This document shows, one piece after another, positions 29,127-37,159 of a DNA stretch of 47,489 bases. The DNA is taken from contig JBGQMY010000007.1 of assembly GCA_041500865.1 (NCBI GenBank), positions 1 to 47,489 of the forward strand, given 5' to 3'. Made by a program: the position numbers and the translations under genes. The notes under the pieces were generated by a model, which did no database searches, was not told the origin of the DNA, and saw only the letters and a list, made by a program, of their open reading frames with translations. Every line of letters begins with the position of its first letter. Position 1 is the stretch's first letter. The DNA is from Candidatus Micrarchaeia archaeon (GTDB taxonomy: Archaea; Micrarchaeota; Micrarchaeia; Anstonellales; J096).

Positions 29127-29578
29127 GCCTTTGTAAGATTCCAAATCCCGTCGCCCATGTGATGGATGTTCTTTATTGCCTTTCCTTTTGCCATCGCCAT
29201 CATTTCCTCTGAAGAATAAAGCGCTATGCCTATGCAGACTGCGACGTTGTTGTCCTCGCCCCTCACGGCAACGGCAGCATCCTTCTGGAAAGCATCGGTT
29301 TTCCTTATGCCCGGCCTCATGACGTCAGCGCCTGAAACAAGGAACCTCAGCGCGCCCTTGTCCACGTAGACGGAAGGGAGATTTTCCGCGTTGGAAAGCG
29401 TCTCTATCCACCTTTCCCCATGCTCAAAGAATATTGGCCTGTCTGAGCAGAGCAGGAGCCTCGTCTTTTTCGCCTCGGCAATGCACGGCCTCTGGCATGC
29501 CGCGAAGTCAAACCCCGTCTTTGCGGAAAATTCCCTTATGCCCTTGTTGGAGAGAAATTCCGTTATCTTGAGCGCCAT
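29123..29578 (-). CDS. PUA domain RNA-binding protein (MCT-1/Tma20-like)
   Basis: VYVDKGALRFLVSGADVMRPGI...KGKAIKNIHHMGD.IW. Confidence 0.88.
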   Translation of the reverse strand: MALKITEFLSNKGIREFSAKTGFDFAACQRPCIAEAKKTRLLLCSDRPIFFEHGERWIETLSNAENLPSVYVDKGALRFLVSGADVMRPGIRKTDAFQKDAAVAVRGEDNNVAVCIGIALYSSEEMMAMAKGKAIKNIHHMGDGIWNLTKA

Positions 29579-29607
29579 TAAGGAAGGATTGGATGCAAGC
29601 GTTTAAA

Positions 29608-29958
29608 TTAGTTCTTGGGGAGAGGATGCGCTTTCCTGCCCGCCCTCAGTGCAAGGTTAACGCACCTTTGTTCCTTGGTTATGCTGTAAAGCATAAGATA
29701 CACTGCCTCTGCAACGTCATGCCTGCCTTCCATGTTTGCTTTCTTTGCAAGGGAATTTATTTTCTTCAGCCAGGTGGCGTTTCCGGTTTCGTGATACAGA
29801 TGTACCCATATTTCGGCTGCCGGGGTGTATCTTCTCATAAGCACGTAGCCGTCCGCGAGATGGCTTCTTGTACCTATTGCGTCCTTCATCCTGTCAAGTG
29901 ACGTATGCGCCGTAAAGGCCCCTTTTCCTTTTGTTTTTGCAACATGTATGCTGTTCAT
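29608..29958 (-). CDS. Hypothetical protein, paralog of 29998-30423
   Basis: Shares EG..D.AEA.YL.LY..TK..R with its neighbour. Confidence 0.65.
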   Translation of the reverse strand: MNSIHVAKTKGKGAFTAHTSLDRMKDAIGTRSHLADGYVLMRRYTPAAEIWVHLYHETGNATWLKKINSLAKKANMEGRHDVAEAVYLMLYSITKEQRCVNLALRAGRKAHPLPKN

Positions 29959-29997
29959 ATGATTGCCTTATGTGTGTTTAAGTGTTTAAAATGGTTC

Positions 29998-30423
29998 CTA
30001 TTGGCCTTTGTCCCTCTTATGGCCTCCGTCAGATACAGGCTCGGGGAGCTCCCACCTGTATATCGGAACAATCGTCTCGGATATGGAAACAGCGGCCTTG
30101 GCATACCTTATGTCCTTGGTCATGCCATATAATATCAAATAGATTGCCTCTGCTATGTCTGGGCTGCCTTCCGCCATTGCATTCCTTGCAAGGCGTTTGG
30201 CCCTGTCCACGAGCCACGGATTTTTGGATTCCCCGTATGCATCGCGGCATTCCATGGCCGCCTCCAGCTCCCTGAACCTGTTCACTGAGCGCAAGACCTG
30301 CGCCTTTGCGGCTTCTGCGCGATTGGCGCAGTCCGGCCCAAGCTTAAGGTTAAGCATGAGTGCATCAAATGCGCCTATGCGCCTTTTGGCTGCCGCCCTG
30401 GGGGATGCGCTTGTGCTGTTCAT
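29998..30423 (-). CDS. Hypothetical protein, paralog of 29608-29958
   Basis: EGSPDIAEAIYLILYGMTKDIR versus EGRHDVAEAVYLMLYSITKEQR. Confidence 0.65.
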   Translation of the reverse strand: MNSTSASPRAAAKRRIGAFDALMLNLKLGPDCANRAEAAKAQVLRSVNRFRELEAAMECRDAYGESKNPWLVDRAKRLARNAMAEGSPDIAEAIYLILYGMTKDIRYAKAAVSISETIVPIYRWELPEPVSDGGHKRDKGQ

Positions 30424-30495
30424 TCAATCGCCTTTTGACTGGGGATGGAAACATTCATTTGAAAGGTTTAAAAAGCCGGCGGCAAAGACAGCAGT

Positions 30496-30909
30496 ATGGA
30501 TGCATTCAGGATAGCGGTCAAATCCTTCATCGTCAATAAAAACAATGAGGTGCTGCTCGTCAGGAGAAGGGACAACGACCCGCACAAGCCTGGCGTCTGG
30601 GAGGTTCCGGGCGGCAGGCTGGAGCTTGGCGAAGACCCGTTTGAGGGCCTGAAAAGGGAGACGCTGGAGGAGGCGGGCATCGGCATAGAGATACTCAACC
30701 CTCTCAAAATACACCACTTCACCAGGGATGACGGGCAGAAAATAACGATGATAACGTTCCTTTGCAGGCCTGATTCGCACGCCGTTTCAATCAGCAATGA
30801 GCATACACACCACGAGTGGGTTAAACTGGACAAGGCCGAATCAGAGATATGCCCGGAATTCCGGGAAGAGATAGGCATAATAAGGAGATATTTTATTACA
30901 GCAACATGA
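30496..30909 (+). CDS. NUDIX hydrolase (MutT-like)
   Basis: Nudix box GGRLELGEDPFEGLKRETLEEAG. Confidence 0.9.
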   Translation: MDAFRIAVKSFIVNKNNEVLLVRRRDNDPHKPGVWEVPGGRLELGEDPFEGLKRETLEEAGIGIEILNPLKIHHFTRDDGQKITMITFLCRPDSHAVSISNEHTHHEWVKLDKAESEICPEFREEIGIIRRYFITAT

Positions 30910-30950
30910 CGCGCGCCGAGGTTTAAAACCGTTTCCTCCAATATGCAACA

Positions 30951-31583
30951 ATGGACAGGCGCTTCGCGGAGCTCATCCTTGACGCAAAGGCAGACAAGGA
31001 AAGAGACGTTAAGGCAAAGCTTGCGGAATTCGCGAAAAACGCGGAGCTTGACGCCGACGGAAAGTTCATCGAGCTGTGCTTCTGCATACTTGTCGCGAAC
31101 TCAAACCTCGAGAAAACAAAGGCGGCTTGGGAAAAAATAGGGGATGGATTCCTGTACCTGGACAAGGCGGAGCTGGGCAAAAGGCTCAAGAGCCACGGCT
31201 ACCGCTTCTACAACGTAAGGGCAGAATACATCGTCGAGGCAAGGGACAAAAAGGACGAGATAGAGCGCAACTTCAGGAAGATGGGCGAATACGAGCTGAG
31301 GCAGTGGCTGCATGACAGCATAAGGGGCCTTGGGTGGAAGGAGTCCTCGCATTTTCTCAGGAACATGGGATATACGGATTTCGCGATACTTGACACGCAC
31401 GTCGTAAGCTTCATGCACAAACATGGAATCATCGAGAAAGCCCCGAAAACCTTGTCGTCGAAAAAGACCTATTTCGCGCTTGAGGGGACGTTGACGAAAA
31501 TTTCAAAAACGATTAAAATCAGCATGGCCGAGCTGGACTGCTACATGTTTTACCTTGACGCGGGGAAAATCCCGCAAAAATGA
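30951..31583 (+). CDS. ogg: 8-oxoguanine N-glycosylase/DNA lyase (Ogg2 type)
   Basis: F.ELCFCIL.AN, YRFYN.RAEYIV, GLGWKESSHFLRN.G, AILD.H, C-terminal Lys. Confidence 0.9.
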   Translation: MDRRFAELILDAKADKERDVKAKLAEFAKNAELDADGKFIELCFCILVANSNLEKTKAAWEKIGDGFLYLDKAELGKRLKSHGYRFYNVRAEYIVEARDKKDEIERNFRKMGEYELRQWLHDSIRGLGWKESSHFLRNMGYTDFAILDTHVVSFMHKHGIIEKAPKTLSSKKTYFALEGTLTKISKTIKISMAELDCYMFYLDAGKIPQK

Positions 31584-31591
31584 GCCAAAAA

Positions 31592-31981
31592 TCATCTGTC
31601 GCCGTATTTGGCACGATTGCGCCTCTGCCTTTCCCTTTTCGCAGTTTCCTTCCTTTTGCCTGTGTTGGAATATACCAAAGCGCCTGCAAAAGCAAAGGAA
31701 AACAAAGCGAGCGCGCCGCCCAGCTTTGCCAGAGACGCTTTCTCCCCATCGGTCATTTTGGCGGCATTGTGCACCGCTATGGACTTTCTGTCAGGATGAT
31801 AGGCCAGGGCGGCATTGGCTGCCATCGGGGCGGCGCAGGGATACAGCGAAAGCAATGAAACGAATGCCGCCTTCCTGGCGAATTCCGCTATTGACTTGAA
31901 CCTGCGGATTTCCATTGAAACCGACGCATTTTTGGCTGGCTTTGCGCCTTGCTTCGGCTTCGGAATCTGAAAACCCATCAT
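31592..31981 (-). CDS. Hypothetical membrane protein
   Basis: Basic N-terminus and two hydrophobic segments; upstream TTTTATA...TTTGCCCACAAT resembles the ankyrin-gene promoter. Confidence 0.55.
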   Translation of the reverse strand: MMGFQIPKPKQGAKPAKNASVSMEIRRFKSIAEFARKAAFVSLLSLYPCAAPMAANAALAYHPDRKSIAVHNAAKMTDGEKASLAKLGGALALFSFAFAGALVYSNTGKRKETAKRERQRRNRAKYGDR

Positions 31982-32104
31982 ACTGCCATTGTGGGCAAAA
32001 GAGTATAAAAAAGCATGCCTTCGGCTAAGCCGGAATAAAAATAAAAAAATACCCGATGAACTAGCTGTTCATACGAAATGCAGGCAGCAAGAGCAAGAAA
32101 CACA

Positions 32105-35100
32105 GGTAGTTTAATCTTTTAGTATTTGCCGGCTGAACACCTCGGTTGCCCTTAGTGCTTACACCGCAAACCTATCTAACCCATCTGCTATGGGCAGACT
32201 GCTTCCTAGTCTTGGGATGCGCTTCGGCCTTAGATGCTTTCAGGCCTTATCGCAGTGAGGCGTGGCTGCCCAGCGATGCCATTACGACAACTGGTCCACC
32301 AGAGGCCCCGAGTCCATGTTCCTCTCGTACTAATGGATCCTTACCCTCAAGAAGCGACGCTTCCAGTAGATACTACCGTACTGTCTCGCGACGTACTGAA
32401 CCCAGCTCATGTGAGTCTTTAATGGATGAACAACCCAACCCTTGGCGGCTCCTGCACCGCCAGGATGACCCAAGCCGACAGCGATGTACCAAACCGCGGG
32501 GTCGATGTGTACTCTCTCCCGCGACGAGCCTGTTACCCCCGGGGTAGCTTGTCTGACAGAAAGGAGCCCCACTAAGAGGCTACCTTTGTTCGTTAAGCCC
32601 TGCTTTCGCACCTGCTTTCCACGCTTTTAGGAAAACAGTCAGGCCGGCATATGTCTTTAACCCTCTCCAGCGGATTTCTGACCCGCCTGAGCCGACCATT
32701 GGGCACTCATGTTTCTTTTTCGTGAGTGTACCGCCCCAGCCAAACTATCCACCAGATGCTGTCCCCGTTGGGGTAAGCCGTACTAACAAGACTAGGTGGT
32801 GTGACATTGTCGCCTCCACAACCCCCGAAAGGGTTGCTTCGAAGGCTCCCACCTACGCTTTGTAGTCCCATCAATACAGCAGCATCTGGCTATAGTAAAG
32901 CTCCACGGGGTCTTCGTTTCCCACTGGAAGTCCCCGGCATCTTCACCGGGCAGTGAGTTCACAGGGTTCCAAGCAGGGACAGTGGGGGAGTCGTTACGCC
33001 ATTCATGCAAGCCGCCAATTAAGCGGCGAGGTATTACGCTACCTTAAGCTTTTTCAGTTTTTCCCACATTACTGCGGGTGTCGGACTATATCATCATCTT
33101 TTTCATTTCTAACTTCAAAAGACGTCTCGCGTATAGTCTCTGAGGATCCTACTCCCGCGCTCGCGGTTTGGTTTCCTGCTGATTGCCCTCATCGGTTTGG
33201 ACATTTTCACATATAAGAATATGTAGCCCAAACCATCTGGGTTTCCAGCATACAGCGAGATTTATTAGCACTCCCAATCTCGGCGTAGAGATTGTCTTGT
33301 GTTGCGACCCCCTTAGTTGAGGGTCAGAGTTACCCCCGCTCTTTACCAGCCCTTCTTCCGGTTGAACCCGATATTCAGGTACTGGCAGTGAGCAGGCGTC
33401 GGCCACCATACACGGCGTTTCCGCTTTGCGGTGACCTGTGTTTTTGATAAACAGTCGCTCCCCCCTGGTTTCTGAGACCTGCCCTTTACTCAAAGGCAGG
33501 CACTCCTTTTACCGAAGATACGGAGCTAACTTGCCGAGTTCCCTTGCCTGGATTCTCCCTACAGGACTGAGCTTTTTCAGCTAGGGGCACCTGTACTAGT
33601 TCTAGGTACGAGCATGGAGGATCGTTCCACTCTCTCTTTTCATGGGCCCAAGGCATTGATTCCCTTACGCATTCAAAGTTTCGCTTCCTTCTCCTCATAA
33701 TGAGACTCCGGAAACGTATACTTCTTAGACTCCTTGCGGAGCGGAACCTAGCCCCAGGCGTTAAGAGGGTGGCGTTCATTGCTGAAGACCTACCTCCATG
33801 GGACGGGAATATTAACCCGTTTCCCATTCGTCCGCGACGAGTTGCGTGCGGACTTAGGATCGCCTAACTCTTGGCTGACGAACATGGCCAAGAAAACCGT
33901 GCCCTATCAGTCCCCTGGGATTCCCACCCAGGTATGCTGCTACTAATGCCAGGATATTCATTCCAGACCGCTCCATCGGACCTCACGGCCCGACTTCTCA
34001 GCAATCCGGACGCCTCCTTACTCAACGAGCTTTCGCTCTGGATGGGTATCGGAAACCAGTTTAGTCCCGTCAATTTATGATAACTGCTCCCTCGGCTGGT
34101 CCGCTTTTACGCGTTGCTTAGAGGGTGGCTGCTTCTAAGCCTACCTTCCAGCTGTCTAAGGGAAGAGCTATCTCTCTGATTAACACTTAACTGGTATTTA
34201 GGGTCCTTAACCCAACGTACGGTCGTTCCCGTAAGGGCTATCGGGCTTACCCCGGATAAACCCCACTGCGGCTGTCTACAGAGCCTAAGGATTCGGAGTT
34301 TGATAAGGAAGAGAAGGGTTTCCCCTCCTGATTTCCTATTCAGTGCTCTACCCCTTAGGTATCCTCGAGCCACGCTGGCCTGATGGCCATTTCAGAAGGA
34401 ACCCGCTATCTCCCGGTTCGAATGGACTATCACCCCTAGGGCCGAATCACCCGAATGGATATACCAATAACGGTTGAAGTCCTCCACCAACATTCCTGCT
34501 GGCTTCGACTTGTTCGGCTCTAGATCACACGGGCTTCGGGTCGCCAGATAGTGACTGGACCCCCATTAAGAGGTCGCCCCTGACGGATTGCTCCGCTGCG
34601 GGCTCTTGCTTTCGCTTCGGCTTTCGCCTTGCCACTACCAGGAACTCCCTGGCTCTTGCTTCGAGAAGAACGCCACAACGCTGATGACCCGCTTGGCTTC
34701 CAGCCTTGCGACTGGTCGCTTCGGCGGGTTTACTTTAACGCCGTGGCCGCCTGTCCCCATATAGTTTCAGGTTCTTTTGACACCCCTCCCGGGGTCCTTT
34801 TCAGCTTTCGATCACTCTACTTATTCGCTATCGGTCTGAGGATGCTATTTAGACTTGGGAGTTAGTACTCCCGCATTCGCGCCTCCAGCCGGGAGACGCT
34901 ACTCAATCGGTTCACGCCCATGCCCTTCCCCTACGGGACTTTCACCCCCTACGGTGCATCTTTCCAGATGACTTCGGGTCGGTTACGGGCTGTTCCCCCA
35001 CACATCCGCGCCGCTATTGCTAACGGCGCATTCGTGACGGTCTGACCAGGGTTCAGTCGCCCTTACTACCTGGATCACTCTTGTTTTCTTTTCCTTCCGG

Positions 35101-35272
35101 TACTTAGATGCTTCAATTCCCGGAGTGCTTCCCGCACAACTTTTAAGGGTCGTGCGTGCGGCCCAATCCTAGGATTAACGCCTGCGTGCGGCTTCCCTAG
35201 GCTTATCGCAGCTTGCTACGGGGCTTCGCTAACCTCAGCCAAGCCATCCACTAAATGGGTTGCAACATACCT
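32105..35272 (-). rRNA. rrl: 23S rRNA (ends approximate), interrupted by one group I intron; no adjacent 16S or 5S
   Basis: Reverse complement contains AGTACGAGAGGAAC (sarcin-ricin loop), GAAGACCCCGTGGAGCT, GGTAACTCTGACCCT/CTTAAGGTAGC and AGTGGATGGCTTGGCT; complementary flanks. Confidence 0.97.
33049..33319 (-). ncRNA. Group I self-splicing intron in 23S rRNA at L1923 (271 nt, no homing endonuclease)
   Basis: 5' exon ends in U and intron ends in G. Core elements P ATGCTGGAAA, Q AATCAGCAGG, R TCAGAGACTA, S GATATAGTCC. IGS TAAGGGGGTC can form P1 and P10. Confidence 0.92.
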
Positions 35273-35547
35273 GTGTTTCTTACTGACTGATTTTACTTCC
35301 ATTTTGCTTTACTATTTTACTACACAGTTTTTGCTTTCGCTTCTTGCTGCCTGCACTTCATACTCATAACCTATCCTGCAAAGAGCAGGATAGCGCTAAT
35401 ATCATTAGGTAACCCTAATTACTATTCACATAGTTTTTTAAAGATATTCCCAAGCCCCTATACCGTAAAATCAAGGTTTTTTCCGGCTTTTTTCAGTTTT
35501 AAACACTTTTGAACACGTTTTTAAATTGTTTGCGCCAAAAAAGAGGC

Positions 35548-36087
35548 ATGGACAAAGAACAGGAAGTGCTCATGGAATCCGGGAAACGAAGGCTTATGGC
35601 ACCTTCGAAAGGCATGGACAGGCATGCCGAGCGCGGGCACATGAGAGTCGAGGCCCTTTCCAGGCTGAATGCCCGGCAGTATGCCACGCTTTGCGACGAA
35701 ATGGGCATAACGCCGGAGGACGGCGAGCTTTACAAAGAGGGCATCGCAGCCCTAAACCACGAAAAGGAACAGAACGAAATGACAGAGCTTGTTGAGAAGC
35801 AGCGCGAGTTTGAGAGGACGATTGCAACGAAGATTCCAAAAGAAAGGTATGCGGCGTTCCTTGCCCAGGCCGCAAAGGAAAAAATCAATGCACATGACCT
35901 GTGTTCCGGCACGATACATAAAAGGAGCCTGCTGTTCAAGTTCTTCCCAGAGGATTTTGCGCCAGGCAAGCCCAGGGACATAAGGTTCACTGGACAGCGC
36001 GACGTTGGAATCATGTTCAGGGAAGTATCTGATTATGCGGAAGGGAAAGCCAAGGGGCGCGGACAAAGAAGTATGAAATCGGTTTAG
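35548..36087 (+). CDS. Hypothetical protein
   Basis: ORF with host-like codon usage; TTTTTAAA box and AAGAGGC-ATG context. Confidence 0.65.
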   Translation: MDKEQEVLMESGKRRLMAPSKGMDRHAERGHMRVEALSRLNARQYATLCDEMGITPEDGELYKEGIAALNHEKEQNEMTELVEKQREFERTIATKIPKERYAAFLAQAAKEKINAHDLCSGTIHKRSLLFKFFPEDFAPGKPRDIRFTGQRDVGIMFREVSDYAEGKAKGRGQRSMKSV

Positions 36088-36776
36088 GCAAAAGTGCTTT
36101 TCACTTTTTCAAGATAGCGCGGTATCTGGAAACCGTTATTAAATCCCGAAAGCTCGGCCTCCAGATACGGCATTGTTCCAAGCGAGAACGAATTCTTCGA
36201 AAAAAGCGCCGCAAGCATGGATATCGAGCTTTCGGAGGTGCCGTTGCATTTTGACACTATCAGGTTGACCAGCCTGCACAGGACATCCACGTCTGCTTGT
36301 GTTATGACTTCCGATTCAGGCAGCGCGCGCCTGGCGCCCCACTGGCTGTTCATGTTATGCATCTTGCCTGATATGAATCTGTTGAAAAGGAAAAGGCCGT
36401 AATGGGAATGCGCGCTGCCGATTGACGAAAGCATGCGCTCAATATGGTCCAGGTGATTGAGTTCGAAGCTGTTTGTGTCAACCGCATCCGAAAAATAGCA
36501 AAACAGGCATTTGCGCTGTTCAGGCTTACGGGAGCTTATATCTGAGATTATTGAGCAGTATTTGTCGAACCATTGCCTGGTGCCCTTTGCGCCCGCAATC
36601 CTGAGCGCTCCCCTGACAAGGTACGCAGCGGATTCGTATGAGCATCCTTTTTTCAGGCATTTCCTGAGCTCTTCCACCTTGCCATTTACGTGGTCATCAT
36701 AGAAATAGATGCTCGTTGGCCTGCGGGCAGCTTTTGCTCTGTTTTGGACGAAACTTAGGGGGGCTAGACTGGGCAT
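36084..36776 (-). CDS. Hypothetical protein
   Basis: 230-aa ORF with TTTAAATA upstream and a basic N-terminus. Confidence 0.6.
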   Translation of the reverse strand: MPSLAPLSFVQNRAKAARRPTSIYFYDDHVNGKVEELRKCLKKGCSYESAAYLVRGALRIAGAKGTRQWFDKYCSIISDISSRKPEQRKCLFCYFSDAVDTNSFELNHLDHIERMLSSIGSAHSHYGLFLFNRFISGKMHNMNSQWGARRALPESEVITQADVDVLCRLVNLIVSKCNGTSESSISMLAALFSKNSFSLGTMPYLEAELSGFNNGFQIPRYLEKVKSTFA

Positions 36777-36826
36777 GTTATTATTACTCTTTAAGTATTT
36801 AAATTCTTTTCGTATGACAGCGAAGC

Positions 36827-37159
36827 ATGTTTAAAAAGCTTGTTTTAGTGTCGGTAGCCCTTATCCCCAAGGGCAGCGTTTCGACGTACGGGGACATTGC
36901 CGGGTCTATCGGAAACCCTGGGCTGGCAAGGGCCGTGGGAAACGCCCTTCATGGAAACCCGTATCCCAAAAAGGTGCCGTGCCACCGCGTTGTGCATTCG
37001 GACGGCTCCCTGGCCCGTAATTTCGCGTTTGGCGGCAAAAAACGCCAAATGGAAATGCTGGAAAAGGAGGGCGTGCCGTTCATGGGAAACGGAAAAGTCG
37101 ACATGAAAAGGGCGCAAAGGCACTTTTATAAACCGTTTATTGCCAAAATGCACATATGA
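36827..37159 (+). CDS. ogt: Methylated-DNA--protein-cysteine methyltransferase (single-domain MGMT)
   Basis: IPKG.V.TYGDIA, ARAVG.AL..NP, active-site PCHRV. Confidence 0.9.
   Translation: MFKKLVLVSVALIPKGSVSTYGDIAGSIGNPGLARAVGNALHGNPYPKKVPCHRVVHSDGSLARNFAFGGKKRQMEMLEKEGVPFMGNGKVDMKRAQRHFYKPFIAKMHI

Noticed and set aside
32146..34865. ORFs within the 23S region, including 33149-33493 overlapping the intron
   Set aside because: They are rRNA shadow ORFs. None has LAGLIDADG, GIY-YIG or HNH motifs, and the intron is too short to encode a nuclease.
35066..35077. 23S site CTACCTGGATCA as target of the C/D sRNA D guide
   Set aside because: Only 10/12 match, with a mismatch close to the predicted methylation position.
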